Assembly (NCBI GenBank): GCA_963755715.1
Contig: CAVWLW010000054.1
Span: 1 to 64,000 of the forward strand
Direction of reading: 5' to 3'
DNA: 64,000 bases
Source: an uncultured delta proteobacterium
Lineage (GTDB): Bacteria; Desulfobacterota; Binatia; UBA9968
Positions within the stretch are counted from its first letter, which is position 1. Each line of letters starts with the position of its first letter. The notes under the pieces are model-generated. The model had not been told where the DNA came from. It saw nothing but the letters and a program-made list of their open reading frames with translations, and did no database searches. Made by a program: the position numbers and the translations under genes. Shown here one piece after another: positions 33,074 through 43,576 of this stretch.

Positions 33074-33454
33074 ATGACCCTTAAGGATCTGGCCAAGAAA
33101 CATAAGATTCCCTACTCAAGCTTAGCTCGCTGGGTCGAGCAGGGCCTTATCGAGCCCCAAGGCCGCACGGGGCGGTCGGGTTCGGTCGTGGTACTAAACG
33201 AGAAAAACATTAGGGAAATTGAAAACTTAATCCGTTTGCGTAAGGGAGGGCTGCCCATGCAGCGGGCGCGCTACCTGATGGAGGACCTTCGGGCGGCTGG
33301 TTACAACCCTCTTAGCAAGGGACTGTTTGTGGTTATAGGTAAGCGGCACGGACGGGTATTAAGGATTTCGGAAGACCATAAGGCTGCAAGAGAAGTTGCA
33401 GGGCCGCACAAAGGGCAGGCGGTGATGGTGGAACTTCTTCCTGAGGGGAGCTGA
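33074..33454 (+). CDS. MerR-like helix-turn-helix DNA-binding protein
   Basis: MTLKDLAKKHKIPYSSLARWVEQGLIEP N-terminal HTH. Confidence 0.65.
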   Translation: MTLKDLAKKHKIPYSSLARWVEQGLIEPQGRTGRSGSVVVLNEKNIREIENLIRLRKGGLPMQRARYLMEDLRAAGYNPLSKGLFVVIGKRHGRVLRISEDHKAAREVAGPHKGQAVMVELLPEGS

Positions 33455-33833
33455 ACTAATTTCCCGAAGTCATAGGTAACCGACTGTCTCCCAGAGTAGG
33501 CTGCGATGTTAAAATCCATCCTGCGGGTCTTCCACACTTGGGACGGTACGACTGATCCTCTATCTGATCGCGCTAGCCACAATGAGTATCAGTTAACTAC
33601 TCGTCTTGGAATCTTTTGGCTGACACATATTGAAGACTATCTTATCGGCGTAGGCGCCTATGTTCGGCACAGCACTACCCTTACCCTGAATGTAAACATA
33701 TACCAAAAGCGCTCGTCGCTTGGCTCCGCCCAGTTCAGCGGTCCCTTCCTTGATATCGGGTGAGTCCTTAAAGTGAAATCGAATATCAATTTCTCCCGAG
33801 CTGCGGCGGCCAGGAACAGCGCGATTGTCCCCG

Positions 33834-35474
33834 ATGACGCGATCCGCTCGCCTTAAGGTTGGTGCGCTAGCCGCCCTGTACTTGTTCTGGCTGGCCATCT
33901 GGCTCGTAGTCGGTAATGAGCCGTTTGGTCCCAGTCGGTATTACTGGGGCCAAGCTAGCGCGCCCGCCGTCACCGGAATCATCGCCCTCTACGCTTCCCG
34001 ACGCAGTCCCCGTCCCTACCCGGGGTTTCTCGTCATGCAGGGTCTTGCGTTCCTGCTGCTGGCAGGGTCGTGGGTGACCTACCAGGCCTCCAGTGGGCCC
34101 TCCGCAGTTGTGGAGTCTTCGCCGCAAGGCGCTAGCGGTGATTTATTCGAGGTGATTTCCAATTCGCTCTATGCCTCATGTGTTTTTGTACTCATGTGCG
34201 CGTGGGGCTATCTCGCCTTGGAGCGGTGGGATACCCGGCCGCTGTCGTTACTTACAACCTTCGTTTTTGCGGCATTGATGGCCGGCCTAGGGGCGATCTT
34301 CGCGAGCTTCCACTACTACGAGTACAGTCATCTCCTGAACACCGCGCTCGGGCGGCTCGACGCCGTTACGGCAGCGCTCGAATTCGCGGTTCTCGCGATT
34401 GGGCTGCTCTGCATGCTGCTCAAAGAGCCGCCGGTTGTGATCTGGATGGTCATCGGAACGGTCATTCTAATGGCGGGCGACATGGCATACAGCGGCACCA
34501 CTGTGCCGCAAACAATTGAGGCAGTCTGGATGCTGGGACAGTTCCTGCTGCTGTCAGCCATGGTTTGGCTGTCGGCGACGCCCATCCGCAATACCGTCAC
34601 CGCGGATGTGTCCACGCGTGCACGACGGGAGGCGCTCGGGCGTTCGGGTCTTTCTGGAATCCTGATTCTGCTGTCCCTCGGGGCGGTCCTGCTTTCCCCG
34701 CTGGTCTGGTTCCTGCCCGTCCAAGCGGTGTGGAAGTCCTTTTTCTCCGTGCTTTTCATCGTTGCGCTCGTCACGATCCTTGTTTGGATCACCGATCGTT
34801 TCGATGACACCGTAGCCTACTTGCGAGAGTATGTGCGGCGCGTTCACCAGTCCAAACTGGTATCTGAGGATTGGCGAGGCACCCGGTCCCGAATCGGGAC
34901 GGCTTTGCGCTCTACGGGGCTCGACGTCTTTCTGGACGAATTCCGCGATTCGGCTGCGCACCTGAAGCAGGACGTGCTGTTCCTTGGACCAGAGAGGCTC
35001 TACTCGCCCCCCAAAGACCGCGCCGATCCGCGCAAGGCATCCTGTTTTATCGTGATGCCCTTCAGGCAGGAATGGTCTGCCGACGTGCACCGGATATTGG
35101 CAAGAGCGTGCGAAGCCGCGGGTGTGCGCCCAGTGCGTGGGGATGACCTGTTCAGCCCCACCGACATCCTCGAGGACATCTGGCAAAGCATCAATGCAGC
35201 CGACTTCGTCATCGCCGACATCACCGGGCGCAATCCGAATGTGCTTTATGAGCTGGGGATCGCACATACATTGGCGAAACCGGTGCTCATCCTCTCTAAG
35301 GAAGCGGCCGACATTCCGATCGACCTAGCCACGCGGCGAGTGATTCTGTATGGACAGAAGGCAGACGCTTGGCGCGAAGATCTCGCGCGCATGATTCAAG
35401 AGGCGATCGCGAAAGTCGTCGAAGATTACGGCCTCGAGTCCAGGAGATCTACGGGGCAAATGACGGGGGGTTGA
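33834..35474 (+). CDS. Multi-pass membrane protein fused to a C-terminal nucleoside 2-deoxyribosyltransferase-like/TIR-like domain
   Basis: About 9-10 hydrophobic helices, then CFIVMPF...ADFVIADITGRNPNVLYELGIAH...IPIDL. Confidence 0.75.
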   Translation: MTRSARLKVGALAALYLFWLAIWLVVGNEPFGPSRYYWGQASAPAVTGIIALYASRRSPRPYPGFLVMQGLAFLLLAGSWVTYQASSGPSAVVESSPQGASGDLFEVISNSLYASCVFVLMCAWGYLALERWDTRPLSLLTTFVFAALMAGLGAIFASFHYYEYSHLLNTALGRLDAVTAALEFAVLAIGLLCMLLKEPPVVIWMVIGTVILMAGDMAYSGTTVPQTIEAVWMLGQFLLLSAMVWLSATPIRNTVTADVSTRARREALGRSGLSGILILLSLGAVLLSPLVWFLPVQAVWKSFFSVLFIVALVTILVWITDRFDDTVAYLREYVRRVHQSKLVSEDWRGTRSRIGTALRSTGLDVFLDEFRDSAAHLKQDVLFLGPERLYSPPKDRADPRKASCFIVMPFRQEWSADVHRILARACEAAGVRPVRGDDLFSPTDILEDIWQSINAADFVIADITGRNPNVLYELGIAHTLAKPVLILSKEAADIPIDLATRRVILYGQKADAWREDLARMIQEAIAKVVEDYGLESRRSTGQMTGG

Positions 35475-35501
35475 ACAGTCAAGCGGCTTTTGCAGATCCT
35501 C

Positions 35502-35583
35502 ATGTCGCGTCTGCTCAGGATTCAGTTCCCGCGGCGGTCTTACCACGTCATGAATCGCGGCGTCGCGAGGCAGCCGACGGTTT
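35502..35583 (+). pseudogene. N-terminal remnant of a REP-associated Y1 transposase (RAYT)
   Basis: MSRLLRIQFPRRSYHVMNRGVARQ matches the RAYT start M.R.LR..F....YHV.NRG..RQ, then homology is lost. Confidence 0.65.
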
Positions 35584-36079
35584 ATAAGTTGATTTTCGCA
35601 TTAACGGTCGCGTCTCGCATTACGACAATATGTGATTACAAGACCTGGCCGCTTTTCCGAGAGGATTTGCGCAACCATTTCTCTAAACTTTTTTGCAGGA
35701 GGCCATAGTCCCGGGCAGGCGCCTTACTACGTTAAAACAAATTAGCCAGAGCAAACAGAAGAGAACCACCAGAAAGAAGACTGCCCACATGCCGCTGGAG
35801 GCGTTTTGTTGATTGATGATTACCAGCCGAAACAAAACCGCGATTTTCAACACTCGTGTGCTTGACGACTTGCCGGTTCGGCGATATAGCTCCGGTCAGA
35901 GAAAAAGGGTGTTTTAAATTTCTTCTACGTCCGACTATCCCTCCGGGCTGCTGAAGTTCTTCGCCGACGCCGAGCGGGACTGGGTCGCAATGGGCGGCTT
36001 CCCGCACCATGGAGAGCGTCGAGAACCGTTCCCATGATCCACTCACAATCTTAACCCTTTAGTTAAACGAGGTGCAGCC

Positions 36080-37966
36080 ATGCCATCCCTACCGCAATAC
36101 GATAGTGTAGTTGAACAGGCTGAGCGTAAAATTCAACTATCTGCAACACGACTCATTTATGATTACGAAAAAGTAGAGGGTCTGCCAATGCCATTGGCTT
36201 CTGACGCCGCAGCGACTGTTCAAGTGCTCGGTTTAGAAGATTGGGTGATAGGGCAGGCGGAAAACCAGCTTCGTATTTTTGTCAATCTTAAGATTTGGGA
36301 AATATTGAGTGAGTACCAGGGAGCCAATGCCAACATTCGAGATTATGCGGATAAAATCGCCGAGATTTATAATTCCAGTCGCTATAAAGAGCTCGCAAGC
36401 AAGATTGAAATCAGTGAGGATTCGCTATCGCAATTAGCGGGTCGCATTACAGGTGTCGATACAGACAAAACTCAGGATTTCCCCAACTTTGAGTCCTATG
36501 CAAAGGTGTTTGTTCTCTACCCAATTCCAGACATTACGGGTCTTTGGCAAGACGACAAAACCTTTGCCTCGCAGAGGCTGGCAGGCTTGAATCCGATGGC
36601 GATAAAACAGGTTACTTTCAGTGATGATATTGGTACGAATTGGAATAACCTCAAAAGAAAACTGTCACCGGACATAACCGAAGAAGCCGTCCAATATTTT
36701 CTTGGTCCCAACTCAAGCTTTGAAAGTGCGATCAAGGAACATCGCTTATTTGTATGCGATTATGAAGCACTAACACACGCTAAAGCGGCCGCGGATGCTC
36801 CTGGCGCGCAAAAAGGCCAATATCTCATGGGGCCCATCGCCTTATTTGTTCGCACCGATGATTTCCCCGGGTTGCAACTTGCCGCCGTGCAACTCAACCA
36901 GTCCCGCACACCAGGCGGAAGCAATAATTACCCATCCATGTTGGCCGCGGATTCAGCAAAGCCCGGCAATGCCAATAAATGGCTCATGGCGAAAATGTTT
37001 GTTCAGGCTGCGGATTTGAATTTAAATCAGGCGGTTAACCATCTGGGCGAAACGCACCTAACCGAGGAAGCCTTCGCAATTGCGATGCATCGACAACTCG
37101 CCGTGGAACATCCTTTGTATATTTTGCTCAGCTTCCATTTTGCTGCGTTGATTGTCATCAATAAATTGGGAGAGCTTACCTTGCTTAATAAGGCTGGCCT
37201 GATCCAGAACATATTAGAGGGTGGTTTGTCCGGCTCCTTGGAGTTAATTCAGAATGCCTACGCCGGCTGGGACTTTAATGATTTTGACTTTCCGGTTCGC
37301 ACCGCCAAACGCGGTCTTGATCCCGTTTCACTGCCTTACTTCCCTTACCGCGATGACGGCCAGCTCATTTGGGATACGCTGGGAAGCTACGTAGATGATT
37401 ACATTGCCTTGTACTACAAGACGGATAAGGATGTGACAGGCGATTACGAGTTGCAAAATTGGGCGAAGGAAATCGCGAGCTCGGACGGGGGTCATATAAA
37501 AGGATTCAATGCTAATATTAGTAGCATTGCTGAGCTAAGTAAAATAATCCAGCGACTTCTTTGGACAGCAGGTCCACAACATGCGGCAGTCAATTTTCCA
37601 CAAATTGATTACTTTGCGTTTATCCCAAACTTGCCGGCCGCGACCTACGCGCCACCGCCCAATAACTTTAAAACTGCGTCAGTAGATACAGCAGAGGTTC
37701 TTGCTCTTCTACCGCCCGCGGAGCAAACCGGGTTGCAAGTGCAAACCACATACTCGTTGGCTGGTTATCATTACGATCAGTTGCTGGGTTACTACGACAA
37801 GCTCGATCCCGGGGCAAGGATTGTATGCAAGAAATACTACAACGCGCTACATGGCGGAATAAAGGCGGAAATCGATAAACGCAATAAAGAGAGAGAGGCA
37901 ACGCAAGGATTATTGCGTTACCGTTTCTTTTTACCCGGGAATATTCCGAACAGCACAAGTGTGTAG
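36080..37966 (+). CDS. Bacterial lipoxygenase
   Basis: QRLAGLNP, WLMAKMFV, NHLGETHL, HPLY, YRDDG, QHAAVNFPQ, C-terminal PNSTSV iron-ligand pattern. Confidence 0.92.
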   Translation: MPSLPQYDSVVEQAERKIQLSATRLIYDYEKVEGLPMPLASDAAATVQVLGLEDWVIGQAENQLRIFVNLKIWEILSEYQGANANIRDYADKIAEIYNSSRYKELASKIEISEDSLSQLAGRITGVDTDKTQDFPNFESYAKVFVLYPIPDITGLWQDDKTFASQRLAGLNPMAIKQVTFSDDIGTNWNNLKRKLSPDITEEAVQYFLGPNSSFESAIKEHRLFVCDYEALTHAKAAADAPGAQKGQYLMGPIALFVRTDDFPGLQLAAVQLNQSRTPGGSNNYPSMLAADSAKPGNANKWLMAKMFVQAADLNLNQAVNHLGETHLTEEAFAIAMHRQLAVEHPLYILLSFHFAALIVINKLGELTLLNKAGLIQNILEGGLSGSLELIQNAYAGWDFNDFDFPVRTAKRGLDPVSLPYFPYRDDGQLIWDTLGSYVDDYIALYYKTDKDVTGDYELQNWAKEIASSDGGHIKGFNANISSIAELSKIIQRLLWTAGPQHAAVNFPQIDYFAFIPNLPAATYAPPPNNFKTASVDTAEVLALLPPAEQTGLQVQTTYSLAGYHYDQLLGYYDKLDPGARIVCKKYYNALHGGIKAEIDKRNKEREATQGLLRYRFFLPGNIPNSTSV

Positions 37967-38059
37967 AGCGACAAGTCAAGTAAAAAGGGGGACACCCAGT
38001 AGCGGGGTCATGTACGGGGACGTAACTGATTAACGAGACAAAGTCGGATAAAGGTTAAG

Positions 38060-38217
38060 AGAGTCTGAGCCGACGGGGGAAGTTGCCAGTGGTGAGAGCG
38101 CAGATCGTGAAGGGATTGCTGGAAGGTTTTGGTCTTGCGTTGGCAGAGGTAGCGCGCCAGGTGGGTATCTCGACTTCTGGAGTCGCGAAGATCCTGACTC
38201 GATCTTTGTCTGAATAG
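38060..38217 (+). pseudogene. C-terminal HTH remnant of a RAYT-type transposase
   Basis: ...RAQIVKGLLEGFGLALAEVARQVGISTSGVAKIL..*, with GGGGAC/GTCCC motifs nearby. Confidence 0.45.
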
Positions 38218-38638
38218 TCAATTACGTCCCTTCGAGTCCCTCACGAGTTGACCGTTCCAGTCGTTCAAACCGTTCAACCGCTGTCCTTCGACCTCATTTC
38301 GCGGCCCTCAGGTCAGGTGCTCTGGTCAAACCGTCGGAATGGGTTTTAACCGTTTGGACTCATGCGGAACGCAAGCGTCGTTCTGCCGGCACATGGGGGA
38401 ACAATCTGGGTCAGGCTTGCCTAAGTCTACTAACTCTTTTGTAGCGTACGGTTACGCTGGATGGATGACAATTAAGAAAATAGGCGGGACAAAGCAAAAA
38501 AAGGGGACATTTTGAATTTAGCCTGTGGCGCTCACCTTTTGTATAGCTGCTTGATAAACCCCGACGATTCCAGCTCCTGAACGAAACTCATATCGACGAA
38601 GCTTTTCAATGGGCCGAGCTCGCGATGAAGATGCCGAG

Positions 38639-38845
38639 TTATGGCGTTGGGCGCGCTGACTTCTCTGATTCCCACTTCTCGGCCAGTGCCGCAAGTGCTG
38701 CACCTGATTCGGGCCAGTTGTGCAAGATTGCCGGATCGAAGTCGGCGCCGTTTGGCCATACCAACGTATGAGCTTCGTTGTCCAGTGTGACGCGGTCAAA
38801 AAGGGAGGGCTCTTGTAAGGGACCGTAAAGATCACCCCTCAACAC
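38639..38845 (-). pseudogene. DUF2442-family (antitoxin-like) protein, 5'-truncated
   Basis: GPLQEPSLFDRV...TLVWPNGADFDPAILH motif. Confidence 0.65.
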
Positions 38846-38962
38846 AGACTAGCCGACCTGGAAGATTCCAGTCGGACTCGTGAAAACCATTCGGGCCGCC
38901 CTCGGTGTGCGCGATGAAAACGCGGAGACAGTGAAGGACGACGAGGGCCAGCCGGTGCCCGA

Positions 38963-39863
38963 TTGAACTCAAACTTCGTTGCCTGCTGCACCGGCAAATC
39001 AGCCGGTTTGGCACCTTTCAAAATTTTGTCCACGTAAACAGCGGCGCGCCGATAGAGGTCATCGTAGTCCGCCCCGTAGGACATGAGGCCGCCCTCATCG
39101 ACATACTGCTTCTGGGGGTAAATAGCCGGCAACCGGTATTTCCGGCAAGCTCGACGATCCGCTTTCTTTCGGCGAAAAAGCAGCGACCGCTGGTCGTCAT
39201 AATACCGCCCACCTGCTTCTGCTTTGCGGTTTGAAAGGCGCTCTCTAAACCTTTGGCGTCGGGTGGAGTGTCGATTCCTCCAATTTCAGCTTCAATGCCA
39301 CAGCCGCAGTCCTGAGCTCTTTCAGTTGGAGGTCTCTTCTATGTGCCTCCCGGCGGCCGCAGAAGTCCAACTAGGGCGAGCTTGGGGACTGCGTCCTTGA
39401 GTATCTCTAGCCTTTTGGTACTTAGCTCGGACGCTAAACCCGCGAGCCCAGTGACATTGCCTCCCGGCCGCGCCAGACTGGCAACCAAACCTGCAGCCAC
39501 GGGGTCCCCAATGCTTACCATCACGATGGGGATGGTAGTAGTCGCTCTCTTCGCCGCTAACGCCGCGGCGTCCCTGAGACCACGATCAGATCAACCTTGA
39601 GACGAACCAGGTCCGCCGCAAGCTCAGGTAGACGCTCATGCTCTTGCTCTGCAAATCGGTACTCGATGGCAATATTCTTTCCCTCAATCCATCCAAGCTT
39701 GCTCAGCTCTTGCAGAAACGCCTTCACGAGGACCGCAATACCAGAAGCAGTGCTAGCATCCAGGAAACCGATGCGGAAGATTTTCCCGGCTGCTGCGCCT
39801 GGTGAAAGAGCAAAGCGCGAAAAGCATGGCGCAAAGATTAAGGACGGCGATTTTTCTCTTCAT
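38963..39863 (-). pseudogene. COG2984-type ABC substrate-binding protein, copy 1 (frameshifted, 3'-truncated)
   Basis: [48 protein letters not shown] in several frames. Confidence 0.85.
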
Positions 39864-39891
39864 GTCTTTTGAGGTGCGCAACGTCGAACCA

Positions 39892-40883
39892 TCACTTAAT
39901 CACTTTGTCCGCTCTCGCCAGCACATTCGGCGGAATCGTCAGGCCGATCTGCTTCGCCGCTTTAAGATTGATTAACAGCTCGAACTTCTTTGGCTGTTCG
40001 ACTGGCAGGTCAGCAGGTTTAGCGCCTTTGAGAATTTTGTCCACGTAGACGGCAACTCGCCGGTAGGGTTCAACCTGGTCGGCCCCGTAGGACATCAAAC
40101 CACCGTTGTCGACAAAATCTGCCCGATGATATATCGCCGGCAGTCGATTTTTTGCCGCGAGGTCCACAATCTGTTTTCGATTTGAAACGGCCAACGGGCT
40201 TCCGGCCACAGCAAGAGCGGCACTACCCGTCTTGATACCCTCATTGAACGCAATCTCGTATTGGTTGGCGTGACTTACCTCCATGGAGTGAAGTTGCAGA
40301 CCCAGTTCTCGGGCTGGCAACTGACTTTCTTTCCATGCTTCCGCACCATTTGGATCCCGCGGATCCCACAACACCGCCACGCGGGCGAGCTTGGGAACCG
40401 CTTCCTTGAGCAACTCTAGTCGCTTACCCGATAACACCCCCGAAATCGCGGAGAATCCCGTAATGTTCTCCCCAGGCCGCGCTAGGCTGTCAACCAGCCC
40501 AGCGGCAACAGGGTCAGACACCCCTATAAAAACGATTGGGATCTCTTTGGTAGCGTTCTTGGCGGCTAAAGCAGCAGGCGTTGAGGACATGACGAGCACG
40601 TCAACCTTGAGACGAATTAGCTCACCCACCAACGCCGGGAGCCGGTCGAACTTTTCCTCCGCGGATCGATACTCGATAATTATGTTCTTACCTTCAACAT
40701 AGCCGAGTTCGCGGACTCCTTGCCGGATTAGTTCAAGGCGGGTGCCTGGACCGGAAGCGGAACGGAACCGCTTGAGAGCACCCCAATCTTAGCCAACTTT
40801 GTCTGTTGCTGCGCCTCGGCTATGACCGCAACAGCAAGCAGCATCACTGCAACCAGGATTGATAGCGCCGCAGCTTTCTTCAT
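39892..40883 (-). CDS. COG2984-type ABC substrate-binding protein, copy 2 (frameshift(s) in 5' part)
   Basis: MKKA start after GAGGT RBS; [40 protein letters not shown]. Confidence 0.85.
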
Positions 40884-40995
40884 TGCACACCTCGTTCTTG
40901 CGGCTTTTTATCACGGATACGGAAGCTGAGAAAAGTGTTATTTACGGCAGAAGGAAAACCAGATTCATCGAGGGGAAAAAGGCTAATTTCGACGT

Positions 40996-41067
40996 AGGAT
41001 TGAACTGAACGACGCTTCAGACAAATCTCATAGGATTTGTCGTGGATGGAGAATTCAATTCAATCCT
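40996..41067 (-). repeat. Conserved intergenic hairpin, copy A
   Basis: AGGATTGAACTGAA-CGACGCTTCA-GACAAATC-tcatag-GATTTGTC-gtgGATGGAGAA-TTCAATTCAATCCT. Confidence 0.9.
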
Positions 41068-41080
41068 GGCATCGCCGCGC

Positions 41081-42066
41081 TTATTTGATCACCTTATCCG
41101 CCCGCGCCAGCACCTTCGGCGGGATCGTCAGGCCGATCTGCTTCGCCGTTTGAGATTGATCATCAGCTCGAACTTCGTCGGTTGCTCGACAGGAAAGTCG
41201 GCGGGCTTGGCGCCTTTTAGAATTTTGTCCACATAGATGGCGGCGCGCCTGTAGTGGTCGTCGAGGTCGGCTCCGTAGGACATCAAGCCGCCGCTATCGA
41301 CAAATTCATCCCGATAGTATATCGCCGGCAATCGAAGTTTTGCCGCCAGTTCCACGATTTGTTTTCGATTGGAAAAGGCGACAGCGCTCGGTGTCACGGC
41401 GAGAGCGGCGCTGCGCGCCTTAGTCGCATCTTTGAACGCACCCTCGAATTTGTCCGCGCTGCTTACCTCCATGGAATGAAGCTGCAAGCCCAGTGCTCGT
41501 GCCGGCAGTTGGCTTTCTTTCCATGCTTGCGCAGAGCCTGGATTCTGTGGATCCCAAAGCAGCGCAACGCGGGAGAGCTTGGGAACGGTTTCCTTGAGTA
41601 ACTCCAGTCGTTTATCGGCCAACACCGCGGCAATGTTAGTCAACCCCGTGATGTTTCCCCCAGGCCGCGCCAGGCTATCAATCAGCCCAGCTTCAACAGG
41701 ATCTGCCACCAGAATAAAAACGATGGGGATCGTCCTGGTAGCGTTCTTGCCGGCTATGGCGGACGGTGTCGTGACAGCAACGAGCACATCGACGTTGAGA
41801 CGGACCAGTTCACCAGCCAGCGCGGGGAGCCGGTCTAACTTATCGTCAGCGGATCGATACTCGATAGCTATGTTCTTGCCCTCAACATATCCGAGTTCAT
41901 GGAGCTTGCGCGGAATAACTCTCCCAGCGGTGTGCCGCGAACGGTAGTACTGCTCTCAAGCCACCCAATCTTGGGTAGCTTTCGCCGGCTGCTGCGCCTC
42001 GGCGATGACTCCAACAGCAAGCAGCACCACCACAAACAGGATTGATAAGACACCGGCTTTCTTCAT
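41081..42066 (-). CDS. COG2984-type ABC substrate-binding protein, copy 3 (frameshifts)
   Basis: Same family motifs; MKKA start; ends ...DKVIK in a shifted frame. Confidence 0.85.
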
Positions 42067-42171
42067 TGCACACACCGTTCGTTATGTATCACGCGGACGC
42101 GTAATAGAGGGAAAGTAAGATTTACAGCCGAAGGGACAGGTATTCGTCGAGTGGGAAGATCAGATTTTCAG

Positions 42172-42248
42172 CCTGAGATTGAACTGAACGACGCTTCAGT
42201 CAAATCTCACAGGATTTGAGTCGATGGAGAAATCAATTCAATCTCAGG
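42172..42248 (-). repeat. Conserved intergenic hairpin, copy B
   Basis: CCTGAGATTGAACTGAACGACGCTTCAGTCAAATC...GATTTGAGTCGATGGAGAAATCAATTCAATCTCAGG. Confidence 0.9.
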
Positions 42249-42346
42249 GCTAACCGTTCCCGGTGAGCGGCGGCCCACAGGAAAAATGCCGAGACCAACC
42301 CACAAAGCCTACGCTGTGGGCCGTCCGCTCCACTGGAATGTTAGGC
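42248..42346 (-). mobile_element. Integron attC site
   Basis: Minus strand GCCTAAC (contains the gene's TAA stop)...GTTAGCC, with complementary arms GAGCGGACGGCCCACAG / CTGTGGGCCGCCGCTC. Confidence 0.8.
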
Positions 42347-43576
42347 AGCGCCGTGATCTGTCTGGTCGAACGTCCAGGCTTTAATTCGGCCCACGTTCTT
42401 CGCCTCGATGGGTTCCGTCTCGTGCAGCAGGCTCTGTATAGAGGGGCTCATGCTTTGATAGACGATATTACTTACGACAATCTGCCCAGGTTGGGCATCC
42501 GACGACAGGCGCGCAGCCATATTAATTGCATCACCGATCACGCCGGTGTGGGTACGACTGAAAGGGCGCAGCGAGAGAATCTGGAGATTACCCATGGCCA
42601 TGCCGATATGACATCCACGAACCGCCTGGAGACGATCAAGTTGGCGCTGCCACTCGTTCGAAATCGCATCCCCGAGGGTCAATAGTGATCGTGCACAAGC
42701 GAAACTCCGTTCGATGTAATCGATGGAGTGAGTCGGAATACCAAAGAGTCCTATGACCCCATCTCCGAGGAACTGGTAGAGCATGCCCCCATCGTTGATG
42801 ATTTGATATCGAGCTTTTGCACAGTATGCACCGAGGCAGTCCTGAATTGTTCTCGCGCGAGGGGTTTCGCGAACGTACCCCGAAAATCCACTGAGATCGG
42901 CGAAGAGCACGATGACAGCGGGATAGCTTGCCGGTGGCAGGATCAAGCGTTTTGTGCGGTTCGAGGCTTCAAAGAGGTCGTGCAATCGCCAATATCCGAA
43001 CTGCCACAGGAGTTGGGAATCTAACGGATCGTTGTTGTACGCGGCGCCAAACGCGTAAGTCCCTTTGGCGCGGTCGATTATCAGTCGTAGTTCGAGAATT
43101 TTGTCCGGCGAGAGGGATTCGATCTCAACGTCGAAATACTTACGGATCAGCGAAAGCAGGTACGGCTCATCCCATACCTCCAATTCCCAGGATGACGGTA
43201 AAATCTCCTTGACTTGCTTGGCGCATTTATCCCAGTCCGGATGATTGTGTCGATCGACCATCAGGATGAGTTTGGAGATTTCCTCGAATAGGGGCAGAGG
43301 TTTACCGTACTTGCGTTGGATGCTCTCAATGATTCGCTCTGTGGGGTATCCGTATTTGACTTCCACGAAGTAGTTTGAATGATGTGGAACCCGAATGAGA
43401 ATGTCTGCGAATGCGTTGGGAATTCCGAGGTTGACTTCCTGACGAATCCGTATTTCTTGTGGCGCAATTTCTTGCTCAGCCACGTGGATGAAACGGCAGA
43501 CATTGCACACAAGTTCCTCAAGAAATAAGCGCAGTTCGAATAAGTCCTCCACCGGAAATGGTATCGTCATCGACAT
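42341..43576 (-). CDS. PD-(D/E)xK nuclease-like domain fused to a class III nucleotidyl cyclase
   Basis: N-terminal AD...FVEVKY; C-terminal LFADLSGFS, QFLGDG, IGDAINMAARL, KNV; start at MSMTIP after a GAAGGGG RBS. Confidence 0.8.
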   Translation of the reverse strand: MSMTIPFPVEDLFELRLFLEELVCNVCRFIHVAEQEIAPQEIRIRQEVNLGIPNAFADILIRVPHHSNYFVEVKYGYPTERIIESIQRKYGKPLPLFEEISKLILMVDRHNHPDWDKCAKQVKEILPSSWELEVWDEPYLLSLIRKYFDVEIESLSPDKILELRLIIDRAKGTYAFGAAYNNDPLDSQLLWQFGYWRLHDLFEASNRTKRLILPPASYPAVIVLFADLSGFSGYVRETPRARTIQDCLGAYCAKARYQIINDGGMLYQFLGDGVIGLFGIPTHSIDYIERSFACARSLLTLGDAISNEWQRQLDRLQAVRGCHIGMAMGNLQILSLRPFSRTHTGVIGDAINMAARLSSDAQPGQIVVSNIVYQSMSPSIQSLLHETEPIEAKNVGRIKAWTFDQTDHGAA

